In this document: positions 1 through 7,515 of the stretch, piece after piece
Layout: each line of letters starts with the position of its first letter
How positions within the stretch are numbered: the first letter of the stretch is position 1
NCBI GenBank assembly: GCA_011364985.1
Contig: RDOC01000016.1
Span: forward strand, 1-11,326
DNA length: 11,326 nt
From: Candidatus Thorarchaeota archaeon
Lineage (GTDB): Archaea; Asgardarchaeota; Thorarchaeia; Thorarchaeales; Thorarchaeaceae
Direction of reading: 5' to 3'
Program-made: the position numbers and the translations under genes
Notes under the pieces: model-generated
Seen by the model: the letters and a program-made list of their open reading frames with translations, nothing else
Database searches by the model: none
What the model was told of the DNA's origin: nothing

Positions 1-126
1 CCCGAACCTTCCTTTTTCAAATATGAAGCATAGCATCTCTTTATGGAGACATTATCCGAGTTGTGTAGTATCAGTAGATTTAACTCAGGGACGTATGCAG
101 ACCAGTTGCACTCGGAGAAAGTTCCT

Positions 127-1374
127 ATGTCGACTGTCACTAAGGCATCATACGCAGTCCTTGCTGCTTGTACTATTGCACATTTCTTGAATCATGTTTA
201 TTCATCACTCATTTCACCATTTTCTACCACTATTCGAGCTGAAATGGGTTTAACATTGACCCAGATTGGAACCGTTGCAAGCGCAGTAATACTTGCCATG
301 ACAATAACGCACCTTATCGTGGGATACCTAGGGGATAAAGGATGGAGAAACGTGTTTGTTCCTGCCAGCGTCTTGCTGAGCTCTGTGGTTGTAGTTGTAT
401 CAGCCTTCGCCAGCACCTACATCTTCCTAATCATAGCTATGGCTTTGCTAGGAGTTACTGCATCAGGTTACCATCCTACGGTGTTTCCAACGCTTGCCGA
501 ACGATTCCCAAAAAATGCACGTGCAAAAGCAACTGGGGTTCAGGCAATAGGTGGTCTCATAGGAATGGCGATAATTCCCATCTTGGGTGCATTTCTGCTA
601 TTGGTTCTTGGCGGATGGGAGGTTTCATTTCTCGTTTTGGGTATTATAGGTTTGGCATTGTCTATCCCTGTATTTGGTCTCTTTCGCTATGCACGAACCG
701 AAGACACAAGGACTGTACAAGTACTTCAAGACATAGAAACAGGCGAGGATGGATGGACCCTGAACTACTGGCTATCATTGACCCTCATGGGGCTTAGAGG
801 AATGCCTTTTCGGTGTACTGCACTCCTGTTCCCTCTGTACTTTGAGGACATCTATGGATTCGAACCTATTTGGGCGGGATCTCTTACTACTATCCTTTTG
901 ACAGCAGGATTGGTGGGAGAGATGGTGGCAGCACCTCTTTCTGACAGAGTCGGCAAGCGAGTGCCATTTCTAATCGCATCAACAGGAGTGGTAGCGCCTT
1001 TGATGTTGTTGCTGAATCTCTCGCTTACTCCTCAGATTCTGGTCTTAGTGTTGATTGTGATGGGGTTCTTCTTTTATCTGGGTGTTCCACCCAATACTGC
1101 CTTTCAGACAGAAGTCAGTCCAAGGCAGTCACAGGGTCTTGCCTTCGGGCTTCTATTCTCTATCGGGGCAGTACCTGGTGCTTTATCACCCATCATCTTT
1201 GGATGGATTGGAGATACTTGGGGTCTTCCCTTCTCGATTCTCTATCTCGTTGTCACACTCTTTCTCGCCACATTAGTAGCTGCATTGCTAAAGGAACCAA
1301 AGGAAAGGCAAATTGAAACTCCTTTGGTACTGGACCCAATAATCTCACCCAGAGTACAAAGCAGTGACGCATGA
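127..1374 (+). CDS. MFS transporter (12 TM; Fsr-like/uncharacterised subfamily)
   Basis: About 12 hydrophobic helices in two halves. MFS motif-A-like loops GYLGDKGWRN and APLSDRVGKR; AHFLNHVY in TM1 and YHP in TM4. The ORF track starts at 43, but ATG 127 (GGAGA at 114-118, immediately before TM1) is the more plausible start. Substrate unknown. Confidence 0.9.
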   Translation: MSTVTKASYAVLAACTIAHFLNHVYSSLISPFSTTIRAEMGLTLTQIGTVASAVILAMTITHLIVGYLGDKGWRNVFVPASVLLSSVVVVVSAFASTYIFLIIAMALLGVTASGYHPTVFPTLAERFPKNARAKATGVQAIGGLIGMAIIPILGAFLLLVLGGWEVSFLVLGIIGLALSIPVFGLFRYARTEDTRTVQVLQDIETGEDGWTLNYWLSLTLMGLRGMPFRCTALLFPLYFEDIYGFEPIWAGSLTTILLTAGLVGEMVAAPLSDRVGKRVPFLIASTGVVAPLMLLLNLSLTPQILVLVLIVMGFFFYLGVPPNTAFQTEVSPRQSQGLAFGLLFSIGAVPGALSPIIFGWIGDTWGLPFSILYLVVTLFLATLVAALLKEPKERQIETPLVLDPIISPRVQSSDA

Positions 1375-1415
1375 TGACCTCATGAAAGAACACGACCTCA
1401 AGCCACTGGATTTAA

Positions 1416-4400
1416 TCATCCACCTTGTGCAGGCCCTCTTCTCAGGAGGATCACTATAACTACAGCAAGGCATATTGTAAGAGCTGAAAGCCCAGCAATG
1501 ACCATCAGGAGTATAGCGTCGGATTGGGGTACTTCAGTTGATGTTGTTGTTGTCGTTGTAGTCGTAGTTGTTGTTGTAGTTGTTGTTCCTGACGGAACTA
1601 CAGTCACAATCACAGTGTCACTGACATGGTTTTCTCCGAAATCCACCACGATAATGGTATAGTTGTGTAGGCCAGGTGAGAGACCATCAACGCCCATTGT
1701 GATTGCTTCCGAATTTGTTGTCAGATTGCGGGCTACAAGCACGACTCCGTTGAGGTAGATCTCGTACCGCGAGGGGTTCAGGTCAGATGTAAGCCATGTG
1801 ACAACGTGACCAGTTGTCATCTCCTGATACTCCACGTCATCAGGGCTGCTTATTATGGGGATTGTTGCATCTCTGACACACACAGCTACCGTATGTGAGT
1901 CTGAGTTTCCACTTGTATCGGAAATCAACATTGTGTAGTTGTAGTTTCCAAAGACCAGCCAGTCAATGTTAATGACCAACGGAGAGCCATCCCAAGAGCC
2001 TGAGTCTATTGAGGTTCCATTCCGATACAGCTCGTAGTGACTGGGATAGATCTCTGCTCCCGTCCAAGTTATCGTATTTCCAGTGGTCCCCTCGTCATAA
2101 GTTACTTCATCGGGGCCGCTTAGGATTGGAGACGTTGTGTCCACGACCTTGACAACGACAGTGTCAATGAGCTCGTATCTTGCAATGTCCGTCAGTGTCA
2201 AAGTGATGTTATGACTACCAGGATTTAGACCAGAAACATCAACAACTACCTCTTCAGTAGAAAGAAGGCCACTCAAGATTTCGATACTGTCAATGGTGAC
2301 TTTGTAGGCGGCACCAAGCTCGCTTGATGGATGCCAAACTACCTCGTGGCCAAGCGTGCCAGCCTCATATTGAATATCTGACGGCGAGTCCAGCGTGCGC
2401 TCAAAGAAGAACGATATCTCATTCTCCCAAAGCTCAAACGCATCGATATAAGTGGAGTCGTCAAGATCGCCCCTGAATTGACGTATGAGATATCCGTTGT
2501 AGATTGTCTTGTTATCATTTCTCACAACGATTATGCCTTCATCAGGCCCAGCAGGTTCAAAACGACCTCCTATGGCAGTGGCGTTCGAGAAGACTGTCAG
2601 CAAGTCACCCTCATCATTGGTATCGACCGTTGGCGTGAAGTTGTCAGTCCCATACGAGTTAGGAAGGTTGAAAATCTCATGGTCGGGTTCGTAAATTTGA
2701 ACCGGAATCATATCAGGCATATCATCAGCGTAGCTGAACCCAAGGAGGGGCCAAAGAGCATGGTCCTTCTCAGGAATATAGAAGTCGATATAGCAATAGG
2801 ATATGAGCAACCGCCCGCCCGCCTGAATATAAGATACGAGATTGTCAAGAATGCCAAGCTGCGAATCCATTCCAAAAGGCCAGCGGGAGTCAATGACTAC
2901 AAGATCCCAGACTTGCGATTTGAGTGACATGTTGAAATACGTGTGATTAGATGTCAGCAAGAATCTGAGATTCAGATCACAGAGAGCCTCGGCGACAGGT
3001 GTCTGATAGTAGTTTGCGCTGAATACATCGTCTGTAAGGAGGAGTACGCCTGAGTTCGCTGCAGTCAGCCAATTAGCAGTATTTATAGCATACCCATAAT
3101 GATTCGTTCCGTACACGTCTTCAGCCGAGTACCATCCGTCAGCGGCTATCAGTGAACCAGCAACCAGAACTCTACCACTCCCATATTCCTGAGCAGCCAC
3201 ATAGATATCACTGGCGGAGGCATTCCACATTGGATAGGCATCACCAGTCACATTCAGATAGTGTGGTTCGCTAGCCCAGATTCGTTCACACCCTTCTGTC
3301 GTGGGATGAGCAGTGTACAAGTCAGTAACCCATTCACTCCCTCCACCTAACGGTGGACTCAGGCCACTGAATGAGATACTCATTTCTGAGAGAAGATTGT
3401 TCAGATTTGCGCTCCTGACGGCTTCTGATGCGTGAATACCATAGACTACTAGCCCCCCACCCTCATAGACCCAGTTCTGCACGGCTGTTATCTCTGATTG
3501 TGTGAAGTTGACAAAGGGGGCACATATCACTAGCATATCATATTCCTCAAGTGTGGCATCAGTGAGATTACTTTCGGATGAGGGATGGAGCTTGTCGACG
3601 ATATAGGAGTGATTCACCAGAGAGTCACGCCATTCGTGCATAGATGATCCTGATGAGTACACAGGATCCCAGGAGTCCAGACCAAAGTGAGGAGTGTGGG
3701 CCAAGTCATAGAGGATCTTGCCTTTTGGTCGGGGACAGAGCCAGTCTACACCATCATCAATCAAGGGACCCAACCAAGCAGGAATAGCACTGCAGTTGCC
3801 AGGGAGCTGAAGGATTCGGCCAGCACTACTTGGATCATCAATAGCACACACAGACCCATATGTGGGCGCGAATGTTGTAGTGGAGAGGAGTTCATAGGAT
3901 GCCCCAATTGCGGATGAAACAATAGCATCATCAAAGGTGACCTGGTAATAGTCAGGCAGTCCAAGGGTTGCGTTGTAGTGGTCGATCATTTCGTTGGTTT
4001 CATATGCTTTGGTCACAGGATGACGCTGTACAATTGTATCTGTATCATACCAGTAGGGCCACATCCAGGTTGGATAGGTGGGTGAAGGAGTTCCCCCTAT
4101 CAGACCAAAGTCGCCTTCCCATTGAGGCGCAAGCATGCCATAATACTGAAGGAATCCCCATGCGTGATCAAAGGACATGATCCCACCCCCAGCCAGCCAA
4201 AACTCCTTTACAAGTATTGTGATATTCTCTCGAGGGAGGTTGTTGGGAAGGACTAATACGTCATATTTGCCAACTCTGAGATGGCCATTTAGGATTTCCT
4301 GAAGAGTTATTTGTGTAGCAGTGTGACCAAGGCTCTGCAACAATTCAATCACGCTGTCACAGTGGTTGCTGCAGTTGCCCCCTGTTGCATAAGATGGCAA

Positions 4401-4622
4401 GGTAGTGTTAGGTTCATTATAGATTGCCAACCTGACCCTTCTGATGGTAGGTCCAGAAGAGAGGACATTTTCTGCTTGAGGAGCACGAAGAAGATTCGAC
4501 GATTCCTTCACCGTCATTCCAGGGTCTACCTGGATAGGCAGAGGGAACAGCAAGAGTTCAAGAAAAATGATGGACATAAGAAGGGTCAAGTGCGACATAT
4601 CCTTCTTTCCCAAATAAGCCAA
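1416..4622 (-). CDS. Large secreted/cell-surface glycoprotein: signal peptide, 3 tandem class-I GATase-like (DUF4350/GldG-like) domains, 3 Ig-like repeats, poly-Thr linker, C-terminal TM anchor
   Basis: N-terminal hydrophobic stretch LTLLMSIIFLELLLFPLP. Three repeats of the 'YDvLVi...v..GGgl' pattern (YDVLVLP..FWLAGGGIM; YDMLVIC..WVYEGGGLV; WDLVVID..YIQAGGRLL). Three ~85-90 aa repeats 'SP.D..Y..GT.G..v.W...Y....G......vDGL..G.hNyT..v.D...DTV.V.V'. T15 run, TM AILLMVIAGLSALTICLAVVIVILL, then RR. About 20 N-x-S/T sequons. Start is either TTG 4622 or ATG 4598. Confidence 0.85.
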   Translation of the reverse strand: MAYLGKKDMSHLTLLMSIIFLELLLFPLPIQVDPGMTVKESSNLLRAPQAENVLSSGPTIRRVRLAIYNEPNTTLPSYATGGNCSNHCDSVIELLQSLGHTATQITLQEILNGHLRVGKYDVLVLPNNLPRENITILVKEFWLAGGGIMSFDHAWGFLQYYGMLAPQWEGDFGLIGGTPSPTYPTWMWPYWYDTDTIVQRHPVTKAYETNEMIDHYNATLGLPDYYQVTFDDAIVSSAIGASYELLSTTTFAPTYGSVCAIDDPSSAGRILQLPGNCSAIPAWLGPLIDDGVDWLCPRPKGKILYDLAHTPHFGLDSWDPVYSSGSSMHEWRDSLVNHSYIVDKLHPSSESNLTDATLEEYDMLVICAPFVNFTQSEITAVQNWVYEGGGLVVYGIHASEAVRSANLNNLLSEMSISFSGLSPPLGGGSEWVTDLYTAHPTTEGCERIWASEPHYLNVTGDAYPMWNASASDIYVAAQEYGSGRVLVAGSLIAADGWYSAEDVYGTNHYGYAINTANWLTAANSGVLLLTDDVFSANYYQTPVAEALCDLNLRFLLTSNHTYFNMSLKSQVWDLVVIDSRWPFGMDSQLGILDNLVSYIQAGGRLLISYCYIDFYIPEKDHALWPLLGFSYADDMPDMIPVQIYEPDHEIFNLPNSYGTDNFTPTVDTNDEGDLLTVFSNATAIGGRFEPAGPDEGIIVVRNDNKTIYNGYLIRQFRGDLDDSTYIDAFELWENEISFFFERTLDSPSDIQYEAGTLGHEVVWHPSSELGAAYKVTIDSIEILSGLLSTEEVVVDVSGLNPGSHNITLTLTDIARYELIDTVVVKVVDTTSPILSGPDEVTYDEGTTGNTITWTGAEIYPSHYELYRNGTSIDSGSWDGSPLVINIDWLVFGNYNYTMLISDTSGNSDSHTVAVCVRDATIPIISSPDDVEYQEMTTGHVVTWLTSDLNPSRYEIYLNGVVLVARNLTTNSEAITMGVDGLSPGLHNYTIIVVDFGENHVSDTVIVTVVPSGTTTTTTTTTTTTTTTSTEVPQSDAILLMVIAGLSALTICLAVVIVILLRRGPAQGG
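1542..1586 (-). repeat. Poly-threonine linker (15 Thr codons)
   Basis: 15 consecutive ACN codons (mixed ACA/ACT/ACG) between the last Ig-like repeat and the TM anchor. Confidence 0.95.
1596..2396 (-). repeat. Three tandem Ig-like beta-sandwich repeats (protein level)
   Basis: Repeat starts LDSPSDIQYEAG (~2396), DTTSPILSGPDEVTYDEG (~2141) and DATIPIISSPDDVEYQEM (~1871). Conserved W, Y, G-x-[HY]-N-[IY]-T and [DH]TV.V.V. Confidence 0.85.
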
Positions 4623-4648
4623 CCCCGAATTTGTATGAGCTATTTCTC

Positions 4649-4660
4649 ATATATATTAAT
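4649..4660. promoter_or_regulatory. TATA-box-like element in the divergent intergenic region
   Basis: ATATATATTAAT lies about 27-38 nt upstream of the - strand TTG at 4622, which fits archaeal TATA spacing. It is near-symmetric, so it might also serve the + strand. Confidence 0.5.
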
Positions 4661-4743
4661 TCTCCAATTACAATAGTGGAAACGGCTCTTAACATTCAGT
4701 CATACTTTCTCTGAAACTGAAAGCGATAGTTCTCTCAACAGAC

Positions 4744-4810
4744 TCCTGTGCGTTGTCTGGGGCATTGTCACTCCAGATGGAAGCCCGAAAAGGGCCAGTG
4801 TAGTACAGGA
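4744..4810 (+). ncRNA. Candidate structured RNA (three-way junction), family not recognised
   Basis: P1 TCCTGTGC(4744-4751)/GTACAGGA(4803-4810); P2 GTCTGGGG(4755-4762)/CTCCAGAT(4771-4778); P3 GCCC(4783-4786)-GAAAA-GGGC(4792-4795). All non-Watson-Crick pairs are G-U on the + strand. The element is GC-richer than the flanking AT-rich DNA. Confidence 0.45.
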
Positions 4811-4857
4811 TCTTTGTCTTAGTCAAACTGAAAAGAGAGCGGCCCATGGGAGAAGCA

Positions 4858-5706
4858 ATGATTGACTATCATATTCATCCAGAATACTCGATTGATGCAA
4901 AAGGATCCGTTCACGACTACTGCAACGAGGCTTTGGAAAGAGGTATCGGAGAGCTTTGTTTCACAACTCATCTCGACCTTGATCCGCGGCGTGATGATTG
5001 TTATGTCCGTGTTACGGAGAAGACAGTCAGGTCGAATTCATCCGTATGGTTTGAGGATTACGAATCCACAATTCGAAGAGCTGCAGATGAATTCATTGAA
5101 AAGAACCTAGTTGTTAGAATGGGAGTAGAAGTTGATCTTTATCCTGGAGTGGTGGAAGACCTTCCCGAGGCGTTTCATAGCACTGATTTCGACTTGATAA
5201 TCGGGTCGATCCATCTTTTAGACCACTTGGCAATCTCAGTGAAAGAGGAGTCCCAGCGTTTCTTCACGAAGCATAGTCTTGAGGACTTGGCCGAACGATA
5301 CTACGGTCTGTTACTGGAGATGCTAGACACGGGATTTTTCAATATTCTTGGTCATCTTGACATATATCGAAGGTATGGAGAAGAGTACTATGGAGCTAAA
5401 ATTCATCGGATTTGGGAGCCTCATATTAAGGATCTGGTCAAGAAGATGAAACATCATGATGTTGGTTTTGAGATTAACACATCATCCTGGAGGCAGGGAC
5501 TTTCAGAACCTATGCCAGAAACTTTGCTTATCGATCAGTTTGTTAAGAGGGGGATTGAGAATGTGACAGTGGGCTCAGATTCTCATAATCCAACAACCCT
5601 GGGAGCTGGAATTCAGAGAGCCTATGAAATACTGCATAAGGTTGGGCTTCAAGAAATCACGACATATTTGCACAAGAAACCAACCCGAAAGAGAATGGCA
5701 ACATGA
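4858..5706 (+). CDS. PHP-domain phosphatase, histidinol-phosphatase HisJ/HisK family
   Basis: Full set of PHP metal-ligand motifs: DYHIH..D, FTTH, GVEVD, IIGSIH, LGHLD, FEINTS, GSDSH. ATG 4858 gives the canonical M-x-D-x-H-x-H start, with GGAG at 4849-4852. ATG 4846 is an alternative. Confidence 0.88.
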   Translation: MIDYHIHPEYSIDAKGSVHDYCNEALERGIGELCFTTHLDLDPRRDDCYVRVTEKTVRSNSSVWFEDYESTIRRAADEFIEKNLVVRMGVEVDLYPGVVEDLPEAFHSTDFDLIIGSIHLLDHLAISVKEESQRFFTKHSLEDLAERYYGLLLEMLDTGFFNILGHLDIYRRYGEEYYGAKIHRIWEPHIKDLVKKMKHHDVGFEINTSSWRQGLSEPMPETLLIDQFVKRGIENVTVGSDSHNPTTLGAGIQRAYEILHKVGLQEITTYLHKKPTRKRMAT

Positions 5707-5754
5707 AATCCATATTCAAATAGAGATATAGGCTAGCGTTTCTCTTTAATCCTA

Positions 5755-5760
5755 GGGTGA
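5755..5760 (+). promoter_or_regulatory. Shine-Dalgarno site
   Basis: GGGTGA 4 nt before ATG 5765; matches the archaeal SD consensus GGAGGTGA. Confidence 0.6.
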
Positions 5761-5764
5761 AATA

Positions 5765-6190
5765 ATGCGAAACAGGACTCCATTCATCCTATCGCTAATT
5801 GGTGGCATCATGTTGATATCAGTTAGTGCTGTAGGAAACTTGGGATTCTGGGGAATAATAATCGGGTACATAACAAGTACGTTCCCTGAAACTGCAGATG
5901 TAATGGTTCTTGTCCTTGGCATTCTCATGTATATAGCTGGTCTTGGAGGAGTTGGCGTTATCATTGGTGGAGCGTTGCTGACCACGAATAGAGTTGGGAC
6001 TGGCAAGTTTGTCATTGGCATTTCAGCTGGATTGGGATTGATTGGCCTAATCATCTACTTGGCAGAACTCTACATGGCAGGAGGGATTACACTTGTATTG
6101 GATATGATTTCGCTATTATCACAGTCTGTCGGCTGGATTGGAGCGATACTATCCATAGTTGCCAGACAGATGGCTTCAAAACCAGAATAA
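5765..6190 (+). CDS. Small Gly-rich integral membrane protein (~4 TM), unknown function
   Basis: 141 aa with four or more hydrophobic segments rich in small-xxx-small motifs. SD upstream; collinear with neighbouring genes. Confidence 0.85.
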   Translation: MRNRTPFILSLIGGIMLISVSAVGNLGFWGIIIGYITSTFPETADVMVLVLGILMYIAGLGGVGVIIGGALLTTNRVGTGKFVIGISAGLGLIGLIIYLAELYMAGGITLVLDMISLLSQSVGWIGAILSIVARQMASKPE

Positions 6191-6207
6191 TCTAGAGAAA
6201 GCTGAGA

Positions 6208-6834
6208 TTGGCACACTTGAGTAGCAGACATATCAAAGAGGCTGTAAGGTATATAGAGGACAACAAGTTTGAGGAAGCTATAGCCATATTGAAGGAGTTT
6301 GTAAAAGAGAATCATAGCACAATTGAGGGATGGTACAACCTTGGAGTAGCCTATGCTATGATTGAGGACCATGAGGGGGCTATTAGGTCTTACGATGAGG
6401 CTTTGGCAATAGACAATGGCATTTTTGAAATCTGGTTCAACAAGGGAGCCGTGCTATACGAGATTGCGGATTTCAAGGCTGCCAAGAAATGCTATGAAGA
6501 GGCTCTCAGCCTAAGACCAGATGATGCCGAAGCTTGGAACAACCTAGGGAATGTCTATTCTAGGCTGGGCGACGGAAAAAATGCAATCAAGGCATATACA
6601 AGAGCGGTGTTACTGGACACAGAATATGCGGAAGCCTTCTATAACAAGGCAAGTGCCCACTTCATAGAAGAAGAATACGAACAAGCGGTTGCATATGCGA
6701 ATCTGGCGTTGGGGATAGACCCCGAGCTTGCAGAGAGAATTCAACCATGGGTACAGATTGCAAGAAAGAAGCTTGAAGCGAAGAGGAAGCATGAAGAAAG
6801 ATCGCAGAAGAAGAAGCAACGAGATAGTCGTTAA
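6208..6834 (+). CDS. Tetratricopeptide repeat protein (~5 TPRs) with basic C-terminal tail
   Basis: 34-aa periodic motifs GWYNLGVAY..A..YDEAL, IWFNKGAVLY..A..YEEAL..P, AWNNLGNVY..A..YTRAV, AFYNKASAHF..A..AL..P. Tail RKKLEAKRKHEERSQKKKQRDSR. TTG start. Confidence 0.92.
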   Translation: MAHLSSRHIKEAVRYIEDNKFEEAIAILKEFVKENHSTIEGWYNLGVAYAMIEDHEGAIRSYDEALAIDNGIFEIWFNKGAVLYEIADFKAAKKCYEEALSLRPDDAEAWNNLGNVYSRLGDGKNAIKAYTRAVLLDTEYAEAFYNKASAHFIEEEYEQAVAYANLALGIDPELAERIQPWVQIARKKLEAKRKHEERSQKKKQRDSR

Positions 6835-6900
6835 TCCTTCTGGGATACCTTCGTTGTTCTATTCATCACATCTAAAAGGAACATATCTAGATGTCTTCTC

Positions 6901-7449
6901 ATGCTCGAACCTGAGAATGATATCGAGATGGAAGCGCCGCAGAGAAGAAGAAATTACAAATTAGTGGGAGGCACAGCACTGCTCATTCTGATACTCGGAT
7001 TCACGCTGGCTTGGCTAGGAGGATGGGGGATATTGCCACTTGACCCGTCGATGATAATTGGTATCACTATCCTGAGTGTGATGATTATAGCCTGTTGTTA
7101 TTCGATGACCATAATTGGAGGTGTTGCCACGCGAATTCCAGAGTATGGAGATATGGAGATTAGATTCGAAGAAGGAATGAGTCAGTACGAGGCAGAGGAA
7201 TGGGAAGAGGCTTTGGTTGTGTTCAGAGAGCTTATGGGACCTCAGAGGGACCACAAAAGGGCGCTCTACTACGCCGCGCGCTGTTGTGAAGAGCTGGATG
7301 ATTGGGATTGTGTGAAGATCTACTGCCGGAGGTACTTAGAACTGCAGCCAAGAGATAGGGAGGTCTGGGAACTGCTGGCTTCGGCTCACAAGAAACTCTT
7401 TGAGTATGAAGAGGCAGAAGATGCCATGAAAAAGGCTGGAAGCCTTTAG
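6901..7449 (+). CDS. Membrane-anchored TPR-like protein (2 N-terminal TMs + ~2.5 TPRs)
   Basis: RRR followed by two hydrophobic helices, then helical repeats GMSQYEAEEWEEAL, ALYYAARCCEELDDW..V..YLELQP, VWELLASAHKKL..YEEA. Confidence 0.85.
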   Translation: MLEPENDIEMEAPQRRRNYKLVGGTALLILILGFTLAWLGGWGILPLDPSMIIGITILSVMIIACCYSMTIIGGVATRIPEYGDMEIRFEEGMSQYEAEEWEEALVVFRELMGPQRDHKRALYYAARCCEELDDWDCVKIYCRRYLELQPRDREVWELLASAHKKLFEYEEAEDAMKKAGSL

Positions 7450-7515
7450 AATTGGACAGTGTTAATCTGGGACCGGTCAGGTTCCTGAGTACTCACTTTT
7501 CTTACATAGGTGAAT

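Noticed and set aside
43-126. N-terminal extension of the MFS ORF from ATG 43.
   Set aside because: Non-MFS-like 28 aa. ATG 127 has an SD-like GGAGA and a TATA-like TTTAAC at 79-84 upstream, which fits better.
1542-1586. (GTT/GTA/GTC)n tract as a microsatellite or contingency locus.
   Set aside because: Synonymous codon mixing shows it is a coding poly-Thr linker, not a pure slippage repeat.
4778-4797. TG-GAA-GCCC-GAAAA-GGGC-CA resembles a Methanococcus-type SECIS (GAA bulge plus S-S pairs) or SRP RNA helix 8.
   Set aside because: It lacks the opposing A of the GAA/A motif, there is no adjacent in-frame-UGA selenoprotein, and it lacks the SRP GGAA tetraloop with CAGG/AGCA internal loop and the ~300-nt body.
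4744-4810. Possible tRNA-Asp remnant (TTGTCAC loop-like heptamer).
   Set aside because: The bases flanking that heptamer do not form an anticodon stem; there is no D-arm or TTCRA T-loop.
4858-5706. Assigning the gene symbol hisJ/hisK, or calling the FTTH variant (vs T[DE]H) inactive.
   Set aside because: The family is clear but the substrate is not, with no his genes nearby. All expected metal-ligand His/Asp/Glu residues are present.
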